From assembly GCA_039588275.1 (NCBI GenBank), contig JBDHAC010000003.1, positions 17,707-81,706 of the forward strand: a stretch of 64,000 nucleotides of DNA. The letters are read 5' to 3'. The notes beneath the pieces were generated by a model. The model had not been told where the DNA came from. It did no database searches and saw nothing but the letters and a program-made list of their open reading frames with translations. This document shows positions 21,530 to 31,866 of this stretch, one piece after another; the stretch's first letter is position 1; each line of letters starts with the position of its first letter. The DNA is from Gemmatimonadota bacterium (GTDB lineage Bacteria; Gemmatimonadota; Gemmatimonadetes; Palauibacterales; Palauibacteraceae). The position numbers were made by a program, and so were the translations under genes.

Positions 21530-22477
21530 ATGACGCCCTCGCAACGCCCGACTGCCGTCGTAGCGGTTGGCGGCAACGCTCTCTCGCCGGCAGGCGAATC
21601 CGACACGATCACCAATCAGTTTCGGCACACGCGCGAGAGCCTGGAGCCGATCGTGGAGTTCGTATGCCGCGGCTGGAACGTGGCCGTCGTGCACGGGAAT
21701 GGGCCACAGGTGGGCGATGCGCTGCTCCGAAACGAGAGCGCCCGCGATCGGGTGTCGGAGCTCCCCCTGGGCGTGCTGGTCGCTTCGACGGCCGGGTGGA
21801 TCGGATACATGGTGCAGCAGTCCCTCCAGAACGCGCTCGAGGCCGCCGGAGCGGACCGGCGAGTCGTCACGGTGATCACCCAGGTGCTGGTCGATACGAA
21901 GGATCCGGAGGGCCGGAAGCCACGCAAGTTTATCGGACGCGAGGTGAGTCCCGAGATGGCCGAAGCACTGCGCGAAGAAGGTGTGCGGGTGGACCTGGAC
22001 GACAGGGGACGGTTGCGCCGGCGCGTCGCCAGCCCGCAGCCCCTGCGGATCGTGGAGTCGCCGATGATCTCCGAGCTCGTCGAACAGGGGCACGTGGTCA
22101 TCGCCGCCGGGGGAGGCGGCACCCCCGTGTACCGCGAGCCTCGCGGGTTCGAGGGGCTGGATGTCGTGATCGACAAGGATCTGGCCGCCTACATCCTGGC
22201 GCACGAGATTCGCGCGTCGCTGCTCCTCATCCTGACCGACGTGGACGGCGTCTACACGGGTTACGGGACCCCCCGGGCAGAGCGCCTCCAGCGACTCCGG
22301 CTCGCAGAAGCCAGGGAGCTGCTGGAAGGCGATGAGCTCGGGGCCGGATCGATGCGGCCGAAGGTGACGGCGGGGGTCCGATTCGTGGAACAGGGAGGAG
22401 AACGAGCCATCATCGCGGCGTTGGAAGACGCGCCGCAGGCGATTCAGGGCACGGCCGGAACGTGGATCGTCCCCTAG
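21530..22477 (+). CDS. arcC: carbamate kinase
   Basis: VVAVGGNAL and VVHGNGPQVG motifs. Confidence 0.75.
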   Translation: MTPSQRPTAVVAVGGNALSPAGESDTITNQFRHTRESLEPIVEFVCRGWNVAVVHGNGPQVGDALLRNESARDRVSELPLGVLVASTAGWIGYMVQQSLQNALEAAGADRRVVTVITQVLVDTKDPEGRKPRKFIGREVSPEMAEALREEGVRVDLDDRGRLRRRVASPQPLRIVESPMISELVEQGHVVIAAGGGGTPVYREPRGFEGLDVVIDKDLAAYILAHEIRASLLLILTDVDGVYTGYGTPRAERLQRLRLAEARELLEGDELGAGSMRPKVTAGVRFVEQGGERAIIAALEDAPQAIQGTAGTWIVP

Positions 22478-22574
22478 GGGCAGGCCGTGGAGAAACTCCA
22501 GCGCGGTCGACCTGCCGCGAGGCCGCCCGACCACTCGAGTCCCGGAGAGGGTCGACAGACACGACGGTGAACGC

Positions 22575-23711
22575 ATGAACATACACGAATATCAAGCCAG
22601 GGAGATCTTCCGGAATCACGGGCTCCCGGTTCCACCCGGCGAGGTGGCGAGAAGCGCGGATGAGGCGGCCGAGATCGCGGAGCGTCTCGGGGGAGGCGTC
22701 GTTGTCAAAGCGCAGGTCCACGCAGGAGGGCGGGGCAAGGCCGGCGGTGTGAAGCTCGCAGCGAGCGCGGCGGAAGCCCGCGAGGTCGCCGACCGCATCC
22801 TGGGTATGGAGATCAAAGGGATAGAGGTCCGCGCGGTGCTCGTTGCCCCCGTCGAGGACATCGCCTCCGAGGCGTACGTCGGGATCGTGATGGACCGGGG
22901 ACGTCAGGCGGATGTCGTGATGGTTTCGGCGGAAGGTGGCGTGGACATCGAAGAGGTCGCCGCCACGATGCCCGAGGCGATTCACACCGCGACGGTGGAC
23001 CCCCGCTACGGCCTCCTCCCGCACCAGTCGGTGCGGCTCGGCTACGACCTGTACGTCGATCCGGCGCTCGCACGGCAGGCCTCGCAGGTCATCGGTCGGC
23101 TGTACGCGGCCTATCGGGCCTCCGGAGCCACGCTCGCCGAGATCAACCCACTGATCGTCAACTCGTCGGGCGAGGTGAAGGCCATCGATGCCAAGATGAA
23201 CATCGACGACAACGCGCTCTTTCGGCTACCGGACGTCGCCGAGCTGCGCGATGTAGACGCCGAGGATCCTGCCGAGCGTCGCGCGCGCGCGGCAGGCTTG
23301 AGCTACGTCAAGCTGGATGGCAACGTCGGTTGTTGCGTGAACGGGGCCGGCCTCGCGATGGCGACCATGGACCTCGTGAAGTACTACGGGGGGGACCCGG
23401 CCAACTTCCTCGACATCGGAGGGTCGTCGAACCCCGAGAAGGTCGTGACGGCGCTGGAGCTGATCACGGAGGATCCGAGCGTCCACTCCATCCTGTTCAA
23501 CATCTTCGGCGGGATCACCCGTTGCGACGACGTGGCGAACGGGATCGTCGAGGCTACGAAGCGGATGGACCTCGACGTGCCACTGACGATCCGACTCACC
23601 GGCACGAACGAGGACGAGGCCGTCGAGATCTTGGAGGTGAACGGTTTCGAGGCGATGGTGGACATGGACCGGGCCGTCCAAACGGCCGTCGAGCGCGCCG
23701 GCGTGGCCTGA
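22575..23711 (+). CDS. sucC: succinyl-CoA synthetase beta subunit
   Basis: MNIHEYQAREIF, ATP-grasp and CoA-ligase domains. Confidence 0.9.
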   Translation: MNIHEYQAREIFRNHGLPVPPGEVARSADEAAEIAERLGGGVVVKAQVHAGGRGKAGGVKLAASAAEAREVADRILGMEIKGIEVRAVLVAPVEDIASEAYVGIVMDRGRQADVVMVSAEGGVDIEEVAATMPEAIHTATVDPRYGLLPHQSVRLGYDLYVDPALARQASQVIGRLYAAYRASGATLAEINPLIVNSSGEVKAIDAKMNIDDNALFRLPDVAELRDVDAEDPAERRARAAGLSYVKLDGNVGCCVNGAGLAMATMDLVKYYGGDPANFLDIGGSSNPEKVVTALELITEDPSVHSILFNIFGGITRCDDVANGIVEATKRMDLDVPLTIRLTGTNEDEAVEILEVNGFEAMVDMDRAVQTAVERAGVA

Positions 23712-23769
23712 CCGCCCACCGGTCGCGCTCGAGTTGGGCCGGAAGGAAAGACACGGGGACTGACCAGCC

Positions 23770-24639
23770 ATGAGCATATTCATCGGAGAAGACACCCGGC
23801 TCGTCGTACAGGGCATCACGGGCCGTGACGGGTCGTTTCACACACGTCAGATGATGGACTACGGTACGCGCGTCGTGGCCGGTGTGACGCCGGGCAAGGG
23901 CGGACAGCGCTTCGAGGAGAGCGTGCCGGTGTACAACACGGTGGCCGAGGCCGTGCAGGGGACCGGAGCGAACGCGAGCGTAATCTACGTGCCGGCCCGG
24001 TTCGCCGCGGACGCGATCTTCGAAGCGGCGGACGCGGGCATCTCGCTGATTGTGTGCATCACCGAAGGCGTCCCGGTCGCGGACATGATGCGCGCGCTTC
24101 CGTACGTTCGGGAGAAGGGGGCGCGTCTGATCGGACCCAATTGTCCGGGCCTCATCGTGCCCGGTGTAGCGAAGGTCGGGATCCTACCCGGGCAGATCGT
24201 TCGGGAGGGACCGATAGGGATCGTGAGTCGATCGGGAACACTCACATACGAGGTAATCTTCCAACTCACGCGGCAGGAGCTGGGCCAGTCGACCTGCATC
24301 GGGATCGGTGGAGACCCGCTGATCGGAACCGATTTCGTCGATTGCCTGACCGCGTTCGAGGAGGATGAGAAGACCACCGCGGCAGTCCTGATCGGCGAGA
24401 TCGGCGGCACCGATGAGCAGGTGGCGGCCGAGTACGTGTCCCAGCACATGACCAAGCCCGTGGTCGGCTTCATAGCCGGGCAGACCGCGCCACCCGGACG
24501 GCGCATGGGACACGCGGGCGCCATCATCTCGGGCTCGGAGGGAACGGCGGACGAGAAGATGCGAGCGTTTCGAGAGCACGGAATCGACGTCGCCGAGCGA
24601 CCAGCCGACATCGTAGGGCTGCTTCGCGAGCGACTATAG
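23770..24639 (+). CDS. sucD: succinyl-CoA synthetase alpha subunit
   Basis: Phospho-His loop GHAGAII, with SRSGTLTYE. Confidence 0.9.
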   Translation: MSIFIGEDTRLVVQGITGRDGSFHTRQMMDYGTRVVAGVTPGKGGQRFEESVPVYNTVAEAVQGTGANASVIYVPARFAADAIFEAADAGISLIVCITEGVPVADMMRALPYVREKGARLIGPNCPGLIVPGVAKVGILPGQIVREGPIGIVSRSGTLTYEVIFQLTRQELGQSTCIGIGGDPLIGTDFVDCLTAFEEDEKTTAAVLIGEIGGTDEQVAAEYVSQHMTKPVVGFIAGQTAPPGRRMGHAGAIISGSEGTADEKMRAFREHGIDVAERPADIVGLLRERL

Positions 24640-24654
24640 TCAAGGACGGCGCGA

Positions 24655-25143
24655 ATGTCGGAGGAATCCGAGGGCTACATTAGCGTACACGACGTCATGA
24701 CGACGCCGGTCATCACCGCTACGCCCGAGACGCCGCTGCTACGCGTCGCCGAGACGATGATGGAGCGACACGTACGGGCTGTCCCCGTGATCGATGAGAG
24801 CGGTCATGTCCTCGGGATCGTTACGGACCGGAGCGTGATGAGCCAGTTCCTTCCGCGGCTGGAGACCGATGAGCGGACGGTCGGCGAGCTCGACCTCGCC
24901 GGACCCCAGGGCGTCGCGGTGCGCGACGTCATGGACCGAAGCGTGATGTGCGTGAACGACGACCAGCCTCTAGCCGACGTCGCGACCCTGATGCTGGACA
25001 AGGAGATGGAACGGCTCCCGGTCGTGGCGGAAGGCCTGTTGGTAGGCTTCCTCACCCGCGGGGACATCATTCGAAGACTACTCGCTCGACTGACTGGGGA
25101 TGCGGTCGAGCGAACCGCTGCGGAAGAGGACGAGGGCGAATGA
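24655..25143 (+). CDS. CBS-domain pair protein
   Basis: Two CBS motifs (HDVMTTPVIT..., VRDVMDRSVMCV...). Confidence 0.7.
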   Translation: MSEESEGYISVHDVMTTPVITATPETPLLRVAETMMERHVRAVPVIDESGHVLGIVTDRSVMSQFLPRLETDERTVGELDLAGPQGVAVRDVMDRSVMCVNDDQPLADVATLMLDKEMERLPVVAEGLLVGFLTRGDIIRRLLARLTGDAVERTAAEEDEGE

Positions 25144-25571
25144 CACCTGACACCCGGGACTTGACCCTGGCCATCATCAAGCCGGACGCGTTCTCGGCGC
25201 GCAAGGCTGGTCGGATCTTGCACGAGTTGGAGGCCGCCGGGTTCGAGATCCGCGCGCTCCGCGTGCTCAGGCTCGAGCGGCCGGTGGCCGAGGCATTCTA
25301 CGAAGTCCACCGAGAACGACCCTTCTTCAGCTCGCTCGTCGAGTTCATGACCTCGGGCCCCTGCGTGGCGATGGCGCTGTGTCGCGAGCGGGCCGTGCCA
25401 CACCTGCGCGAGGTGATCGGGGCGACCGATCCTGCGGAGGCGGCCCCGGGTACGGTCCGGGCGCTGTACGCGGAGAGTAAGGAGAGGAATGCGATCCACG
25501 CGTCCGACTCGCCCGAGAACGCGCGCCGAGAGCTCTCGTTCTTCTTCAGCGAGTTGGAGCTGACCGGGTAG
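25140..25571 (+). CDS. ndk: nucleoside diphosphate kinase
   Basis: LTLAIIKPDA and NAIHASDS (active His) motifs. ATGA overlap with the CBS gene. Confidence 0.9.
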   Translation: MTPDTRDLTLAIIKPDAFSARKAGRILHELEAAGFEIRALRVLRLERPVAEAFYEVHRERPFFSSLVEFMTSGPCVAMALCRERAVPHLREVIGATDPAEAAPGTVRALYAESKERNAIHASDSPENARRELSFFFSELELTG

Positions 25572-25575
25572 CGAA

Positions 25576-26136
25576 ATGCTCGAGGGTCCGGCGAGCCTGC
25601 ACCTCTCGCTTTCGGAGTTGCGAAGCGGCCCCGTCGATTGGAAGCGGACCCTGGAGTCTCCGCACGTCGCGATGCCCGGGCTGCCGAAACAGCTACAGGG
25701 TCCGCTCACGGTGCGGGTGCGGGCCACCCTCGGCGAGGATGGGGGCATACGCGTGACCGGAGAAGTCAGCGGCAGCGCGGTTCTCGAGTGCCGGCGTTGC
25801 CTGACCCCAGTTCGCTGCGAGATCGAGTCGACCCTCGAGGCGTGGTTCCGCCGCGACGACCTGGCCGGGCCGGAAGAGAGAGGCGTGTGGGCCTTCGATC
25901 CGGACGCGTCGGAGATCGACCTGCGCGAGGCCCTACGCGAGGAACTGTGGCTCGCCGTTCCCGAGTTCGCGCTGTGCAGATCCGATTGCCCGGGGTTATG
26001 CGCGCGGTGCGGTGCACAGCTGGAATCCGAGGAGTGCCGCTGTCCGCCGCAGGCCCCGGACCCGAGATGGGGCGCGTTGGAGGCGGCACGCGGCTCGCTC
26101 GCGAGCCGGGCAGGGAAGGCACCCGACTCGGACTGA
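25576..26136 (+). CDS. yceD: YceD/DUF177 family protein (large-subunit rRNA accumulation)
   Basis: CRRCLTPV ... CRSDCPGLCARCG cysteine motifs. Conserved position upstream of rpmF. Confidence 0.7.
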   Translation: MLEGPASLHLSLSELRSGPVDWKRTLESPHVAMPGLPKQLQGPLTVRVRATLGEDGGIRVTGEVSGSAVLECRRCLTPVRCEIESTLEAWFRRDDLAGPEERGVWAFDPDASEIDLREALREELWLAVPEFALCRSDCPGLCARCGAQLESEECRCPPQAPDPRWGALEAARGSLASRAGKAPDSD

Positions 26137-26280
26137 AGCGGCCCGTTAGGTCCGATCCCCTTGACACGAGGCGGGTTTCTTCGCCAGTTACCCGGCTCAA
26201 ATCCGCGCCCCGAGCGCCGCGTCCCGGGCGCCGCCGCGGTATATTGAATAATCGGAAGTTGAGAGCAGGAGAGTCCCCAT

Positions 26281-26463
26281 ATGGCGGTCCCGAAGCGACG
26301 GACTTCGAAACAGCGGAAGCGGAAGCGTCGGACGCACGACAAGGCCGAGGCGACGGCCAATCAGGCGTGCCCGCGTTGCGGTGATCCCCGCCGCCCGCAC
26401 CGCGTGTGCCCGAATTGCGGCTACTACCGTGATCGCGAGGTCATCCGAATCGACGAGTTCTGA
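26281..26463 (+). CDS. rpmF: 50S ribosomal protein L32
   Basis: MAVPKRRTSKQRKRKRRTHD, with a CPxCG...CPNCG zinc ribbon. Confidence 0.9.
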   Translation: MAVPKRRTSKQRKRKRRTHDKAEATANQACPRCGDPRRPHRVCPNCGYYRDREVIRIDEF

Positions 26464-26529
26464 GCCGCCCGCGTTCGGTGGCAGCCTGCTGACGCGCGTA
26501 ACCCTCTGCTGCCGTAGCCGGCGACTGTC

Positions 26530-27516
26530 GTGATACGGGTCGCACTCGACGTCCTGGGAGGTGACTCGGCTCCCGAGGCCCCGATCGCGGGGGCCCGGGC
26601 GGCGGTCGAGGCGTGGCCGGATGAGGTCGAGTTCCTCCTCGTGGGTCCCCCCGATCTGGTCCAGGAGGTCCTGGGCGACGCCCCCCCCGCCGGGTTGCTG
26701 CACGTACTGCCCGCGACGGAGCGCATCGAGCCGCACGACCCACCTGCCCTCGCCGTGCGTCGTAAGCCTGACAGCTCCATTGTCGTCGGGTTGGAGGCGC
26801 TTCGGTCCGGCGAGGCCGACGCGTTCATCTCCGCGGGCTCCACAGGTGCGGTAATGGCCGCTTCGGTGCTCAAGCTGGGAGTGCTCCCGGGCGTCGACCG
26901 CCCACCGGTCAGTGCGCTGTTCCCGACGGCCTCGGGACGGGTGCTCGTGCTGGATGTAGGTGCCAACTTGAACTGCCGGTCCAGCCACCTTCATCAGTTC
27001 GCACACCTCGGCACGATCTACATGCGCGATCTGCTCGGGATCGAAAGACCCCGGGTCGGCCTCCTGAACGTGGGAGAGGAGGCGCAGAAGGGTGGCGACC
27101 TCGCGCTCGCTGCGCACCGGCTCTTCTCGGAAGACTCCACGCTTCACTTCGTGGGTAACGTGGAGGGACACCAGATCATCGAAGGTCCTTGCGACGTCTT
27201 GGTGTGCGACGGCTTTGTCGGAAACGTGCTTCTCAAGTTCTACGAATCGATGGCAGGGTTCATCCTCGGGATCGTCAAACGCGGGGCCCCGACCGGCGAG
27301 ACGGAGCTCGAGGGACTCCTCCGATTCCTCGACTACACGGAGTATGGGGGCGCACCCCTGCTGGGGGTGGAAGGCGTGTCGATCCTGTGTCACGGCTCAT
27401 CCCCCGCGCGTGCGATCAAGAACGCGGTACGAGCCGCGATCGATTCCGTTCGAGCGGGTATGGTCGGCGACATGCGACGCGATCTGGAGCGGATGGCGGG
27501 TGGAGGCACCGCATGA
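26530..27516 (+). CDS. plsX: phosphate acyltransferase PlsX
   Basis: Typical PlsX length, N-terminal GGD motif, and the conserved rpmF-plsX order. Confidence 0.85.
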   Translation: MIRVALDVLGGDSAPEAPIAGARAAVEAWPDEVEFLLVGPPDLVQEVLGDAPPAGLLHVLPATERIEPHDPPALAVRRKPDSSIVVGLEALRSGEADAFISAGSTGAVMAASVLKLGVLPGVDRPPVSALFPTASGRVLVLDVGANLNCRSSHLHQFAHLGTIYMRDLLGIERPRVGLLNVGEEAQKGGDLALAAHRLFSEDSTLHFVGNVEGHQIIEGPCDVLVCDGFVGNVLLKFYESMAGFILGIVKRGAPTGETELEGLLRFLDYTEYGGAPLLGVEGVSILCHGSSPARAIKNAVRAAIDSVRAGMVGDMRRDLERMAGGGTA

Positions 27517-28439
27517 CACGAATCGCGCTTCTTCTGCCCGGGCAGGGTTCTCAGTTCGTCGGGATGGGGAGTGATCTGGTGCAGGCCTTTCCTGCCGCAC
27601 GCGAGCTGTACGAGGAGGCGGATGACATCCTCGAGACTCGTCTCAGCACGCTCTGCTGGCAGGGTCCGGGCGAACAGCTCACGGCCACGGAGAACGCTCA
27701 ACCCGCCATCCTCCTCCACAGTTATGCCGTGTGGGTGCTCGCTCGGGAGATGTTGGCGGATTCGGTGGTCGTGGCCGCCGGTCACTCCCTGGGGGAGTTC
27801 TCAGCTCACCTCCTGGCGGGGACGTTCACCTTCGCCGACGCGCTGCGACTCGTACGCCGGCGCGGCGAGCTGATGGCGCGGGCCGGTGCGGAACGACCGG
27901 GCACGATGGCGGCAGTGCTTGGATTGACCCTCGAGGAGATCGAGAAGGTCTGCGAATCCGCGTCGGTCGGGACGGTGGTACCCGCCAACATCAATGCCCC
28001 CGGGCAGATCGTGATCAGTGGCGAGGTCGATGCGGTATCGGCTGCCTGCGATCTCGCGACGGAGGCGGGAGCTCGTCGGGTCATGCCCCTCAACGTGAGC
28101 GGAGCGTTCCACTCACCGTTGATGGATGTAGCCGCGGTCGGACTTGAGGAGGGGCTCGCCGCCGTCGATGCCAGAGATCCGCGGTTCCCCGTGATCGCCA
28201 ACGCGACGGCGGAGGCGGTGCGCGACGGGGGCGCGGTGCGGACGACGCTACGGGCGCAGCTCACGTCACCGGTCCGTTGGGTCGAGGGCGTCGCGCGCAT
28301 GCGCGAGGAGGAGCCGACTCGCTGGCTCGAGCTCGGACCGGGGAACGTGCTGGCGGGGCTGTTGCGCCGGATTGACCGATCGCTGGCGGCCACCTCGGTG
28401 GGCGATGCGGAGACGTTGGATGCCCTGGCCGCCGGTTAA
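27513..28439 (+). CDS. fabD: malonyl-CoA:ACP transacylase
   Basis: LLPGQGSQFVGMG, with the GHSLGEFSA active-site serine. ATGA overlap with plsX. Confidence 0.9.
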   Translation: MTRIALLLPGQGSQFVGMGSDLVQAFPAARELYEEADDILETRLSTLCWQGPGEQLTATENAQPAILLHSYAVWVLAREMLADSVVVAAGHSLGEFSAHLLAGTFTFADALRLVRRRGELMARAGAERPGTMAAVLGLTLEEIEKVCESASVGTVVPANINAPGQIVISGEVDAVSAACDLATEAGARRVMPLNVSGAFHSPLMDVAAVGLEEGLAAVDARDPRFPVIANATAEAVRDGGAVRTTLRAQLTSPVRWVEGVARMREEEPTRWLELGPGNVLAGLLRRIDRSLAATSVGDAETLDALAAG

Positions 28440-28487
28440 CCAGGCCCTGCGCGCGTTAACCTTCGTTGACAGAGCAGAGGAGGATTC

Positions 28488-29225
28488 ATGGGTGAGCTGA
28501 TGGGCAAGGTCGCGATCGTGACGGGCGGCGCTCGCGGCATCGGTCTTGTCATATGCCGCGAGTTGGCGGAAGCGGGGGCGAGCGTGGCTCTCGTCGACCT
28601 CGACGCCACGCTTGCCGGCGCGGCCGCAGCGGAATTGGGTGACGGCGGGCATGGCGGGTTCGAGTGCGACGTCGCGCGGCCGGAGGTGTGCGCCCAGCTC
28701 ATCGCTCGGGTCGAGAACGAGATGGGACCCCCCGCGATCCTGGTGAACAACGCCGGGATCACGCGCGACAACCTCCTCGTCCGGATGAAGGACGAGGAAT
28801 GGTCCAGGGTGATCGAGACGAACCTGTTCGGGGCGTTCTGTATGATACGGAGCGTGGCTCGCGGTATGATGAAACGGCGCGATGGCCGTATCGTGAATAT
28901 CGCCAGCATCGTGGCCTTGACGGGAAACCGCGGCCAGTCCAACTATGCGGCGTCCAAAGCGGGACTGATCGCGCTCACGAAGTCCGTCGCGCAGGAATTG
29001 GCGAGCCGGGGTGTGCTCGCGAACGCCGTTGCACCCGGGTTCATCGAGACGGACATGACCGCGTCGTTGCCCGCGGATGTACGGGAATCGATGCTTGCGA
29101 GCGTTCCGGTCGGCAGGATCGGGACCCCGGAGGATGTCGCCCGGGTAGTCCGCTTCCTGGTTGGACCCGCCGCCTCGTATATGACGGGTCAGGTCGTGGT
29201 AGTGGATGGCGGTATGGTGATGTGA
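28488..29225 (+). CDS. fabG: 3-oxoacyl-ACP reductase
   Basis: SDR fold TGGARGIG, NAG, YAASKAG. Confidence 0.9.
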   Translation: MGELMGKVAIVTGGARGIGLVICRELAEAGASVALVDLDATLAGAAAAELGDGGHGGFECDVARPEVCAQLIARVENEMGPPAILVNNAGITRDNLLVRMKDEEWSRVIETNLFGAFCMIRSVARGMMKRRDGRIVNIASIVALTGNRGQSNYAASKAGLIALTKSVAQELASRGVLANAVAPGFIETDMTASLPADVRESMLASVPVGRIGTPEDVARVVRFLVGPAASYMTGQVVVVDGGMVM

Positions 29226-29326
29226 AGAGGAAAGTGGGATTCGGCGTGCGGACGCCGGGTCCCTCGGTGACGTAGGATCGCGGGATCGTAGAGACCCCGG
29301 AATCCCGAATCGGGAAGGGAGCAGGC

Positions 29327-29560
29327 ATGTCCGAGACTGCAGCACGCGTGAGAGAGATCATCTCCCAGGAATTGGGTGTCGAGCAGGAAAAGGTGACCGA
29401 TGATGCCTCGTTCGTCGAGGATCTTGGCGCCGATTCGCTCGACACGGTCGAACTCGTAATGGCGTTCGAGGAAGAGTTCGGGATCGAGATCCCGGACGAG
29501 GATGCCGAACAGATGCAGACCGTGGGACAGGCCATCGGTTACCTTGCGCAGAAGCAGTAA
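29327..29560 (+). CDS. acpP: acyl carrier protein
   Basis: [20 protein letters not shown] phosphopantetheine site. Confidence 0.9.
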   Translation: MSETAARVREIISQELGVEQEKVTDDASFVEDLGADSLDTVELVMAFEEEFGIEIPDEDAEQMQTVGQAIGYLAQKQ

Positions 29561-29595
29561 CCGGATCTCGCACGGCTGAATCCGACGTTTCTTCC

Positions 29596-30852
29596 ATGAC
29601 AAGTCGTCGTGTCGTCATCACCGGGGTCGGTCTGGTCACACCGATCGGACTCGACCCCGAATCTACATGGTCCGCGCTCGTTGCCGGCGAGAGCGGGGCG
29701 GGCCCGATCACGCAGTTCGACCCCGCGGAGCAGGACGTCCACTTCGCGTGCGAGGTGACCGGGTTCGATCCAGAGCTTCATATGGACCGGAAGGAGGCCC
29801 GGAGGGCGGACCGCTTCGTGCAGTTCGCGCTCGCCACTGCGAAGCAGGCCGTTGAAAGCGCCGGGTTGGAGGATTGGCTCCCGGGACCGACGCCACATCG
29901 CGTGGGCGTAATCGTGGGCTCCGGGATCGGAGGGCTACCGCTGCTCGAAGAGCAGCACATCAAGTTGTTGGAGAAGGGGCCCGGCCGCGTATCTCCTTTC
30001 TTTATCCCCATGTTCATCGCTGACATGGCGCCCGGGTTGATCTCGATGCGCTACGGGGTCCAGGGTCCGAACTACGCGACCGTATCGGCCTGTGCCTCCA
30101 GCGCTCACGCTCTGGGACTCGCGTATCGATCGGTCCGCATCGGCGAGACCGACGCGATGATCACGGGTGGCACGGAATCCACCATCACCCCGCTATGCGT
30201 CGGCGGCTTCGCGTCGATGAAAGCGCTGTCGACGCGCAACGACGATCCGGCCACCGCTTCGCGGCCGTTCGACCGGCACAGAGACGGGTTCGTGCTCGGA
30301 GAGGGAGCGGCGATGATGATCCTCGAGGAGCTGGAGCACGCACGCGCGCGCGGAGCACCTATCGTCGCCGAGATGATCGGGTTCGCTCAGAGCGCGGACG
30401 CGTACCATCTGACCGCCCCCGCACCTGATGGAGCAGGTGCGCAGACGGCGATGGCGTTGGCGCTCGAAGATGCCGGTATCCGACCTGAGCAAGTCGACTA
30501 CATCAACGCCCACGGGACCTCTACGCCGGCCAACGACTCCGCCGAGACCGCGGCCGTGAAGGGCGTGTTCGGTGATCACGCCTACGATCTCGTGCTGGGC
30601 TCCTCCAAATCCATGACCGGTCACACGCTCGGTGCGTCGGGGGCCATCGAAGGCACCATCGCCGCGCTCGTGTGCCAACGAAGCGTGATCCCGCCCACGA
30701 TCAACTTCGAGGAGGCTGATCCTGAATGTGACCTGGAGTACGCGCACGGTGGCCCCATCGAGCGTGAGGTGAAGTACGCGATTTCCAACTCGTTCGGCTT
30801 CGGGGGGCACAACGTGTGTCTCGCGGTAAAGCGGTGGAACGGGGACGAGTGA
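29596..30852 (+). CDS. fabF: 3-oxoacyl-ACP synthase II
   Basis: KAS II catalytic Cys/His/His context (SACASSAH, HGTSTPAND, GHTLGASG). Confidence 0.9.
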   Translation: MTSRRVVITGVGLVTPIGLDPESTWSALVAGESGAGPITQFDPAEQDVHFACEVTGFDPELHMDRKEARRADRFVQFALATAKQAVESAGLEDWLPGPTPHRVGVIVGSGIGGLPLLEEQHIKLLEKGPGRVSPFFIPMFIADMAPGLISMRYGVQGPNYATVSACASSAHALGLAYRSVRIGETDAMITGGTESTITPLCVGGFASMKALSTRNDDPATASRPFDRHRDGFVLGEGAAMMILEELEHARARGAPIVAEMIGFAQSADAYHLTAPAPDGAGAQTAMALALEDAGIRPEQVDYINAHGTSTPANDSAETAAVKGVFGDHAYDLVLGSSKSMTGHTLGASGAIEGTIAALVCQRSVIPPTINFEEADPECDLEYAHGGPIEREVKYAISNSFGFGGHNVCLAVKRWNGDE

Positions 30853-30886
30853 CGCCGCTGTTCGCTCCGCACGGGGGAGTCAAGCC

Positions 30887-31315
30887 GTGAGTCGACCCCG
30901 CGTCTTGGCGCTCATCGGCTCAGAGTCGGATCGCCCGGTGATGGATAAGGCGGTCGAGATCCTGACCGACCGTGGTGTCGACGTGCACCTCGAGGTGAGC
31001 AGCGCGCACCGGGATCCCGAACGGACGGTCGCTCTCGCCTCCGGCGCGCGCGATGCCGGGTTCAGCGTCGTGATCTGCGGGGCGGGGCTCGCCGCCGCGC
31101 TCCCGGGCGTCGTCGCAGCACACACCACGCTACCGGTCATCGGCGTCCCGATCTCTGCCGGAACCCTCGGCGGGCTGGACTCTCTGCTCTCGATCGTCCA
31201 GATGCCGCCTGGCGTGCCGGTGGCGACCGTGGCGATCGATGGCGCCAAGAACGCCGCACATCTCGCGCTTCGCATCCTGGAACTATCGTCAGCGGGGAGC
31301 GACGCGCCCGGCTGA
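30887..31315 (+). CDS. purE: N5-carboxyaminoimidazole ribonucleotide mutase
   Basis: GSESD, AGLAAALPG and SLLSIVQMPPGVPVATVAI motifs. Confidence 0.8.
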   Translation: MSRPRVLALIGSESDRPVMDKAVEILTDRGVDVHLEVSSAHRDPERTVALASGARDAGFSVVICGAGLAAALPGVVAAHTTLPVIGVPISAGTLGGLDSLLSIVQMPPGVPVATVAIDGAKNAAHLALRILELSSAGSDAPG

Positions 31316-31347
31316 CCGACCGTCCTCGCGGATAAGCAGGTGTCCTC

Positions 31348-31866
31348 ATGCGAGTCGGCATCGGTTACGACTCCCACCGCTTCGATGAAGCTCGCCCACT
31401 GATCCTCGGGGGCGTCCGGATTCCGGATGCGCCCGGTCTGGCCGCCTACTCGGATGGCGACGCGGTCGCCCACGCCGTGATCGATGCGTTGCTCGGCGCG
31501 GCGGGGCTCGGTCATATCGGAGCCCTCTTCCCGGACGACGATCCCGAGTACGAGGGGGCGGATTCCCTCTCTCTCCTGGCCGAAGCCGTGCGCCGAGTGG
31601 AGATGGAGAACTACCAGGTCGTGAACGTGGACGTGTCGATCATCGCGGAACGCCCGCGCATCGCTCCCTTCGGCCATGAGATGGCCGAGCGGTTGGCCAC
31701 GACGCTTCACACCGCGCCGACGTGCGTGTCGATCAAGGGCAAGTCCAACGAGGCCATGGGTTGGATCGGGCGAGGGGAAGGGATTGCGGTGATCGCGGTG
31801 GCGGCCCTCGACCAGATCGGCGACATCGACGCCCTCCTCGCCAGCATGCGCTCCGGCGGTGGCTGA
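31348..31866 (+). CDS. ispF: 2-C-methyl-D-erythritol 2,4-cyclodiphosphate synthase
   Basis: RVGIGYDSHRF and SDGDAVAHA motifs. Confidence 0.9.
   Translation: MRVGIGYDSHRFDEARPLILGGVRIPDAPGLAAYSDGDAVAHAVIDALLGAAGLGHIGALFPDDDPEYEGADSLSLLAEAVRRVEMENYQVVNVDVSIIAERPRIAPFGHEMAERLATTLHTAPTCVSIKGKSNEAMGWIGRGEGIAVIAVAALDQIGDIDALLASMRSGGG

Noticed and set aside
22478-22574. Imperfect hairpin ggcaggccg…cgacctgcc after arcC as a terminator
   Set aside because: The stem has mismatches and no U-run, so it cannot be distinguished from chance in GC-rich sequence.
26161-26246. TTGACA (26161) and TATATT (26240) hexamers upstream of rpmF as a sigma-70 promoter
   Set aside because: The spacing between them is about 73 nt, so they cannot form one promoter. 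Each lacks a good partner hexamer at 16-18 nt.
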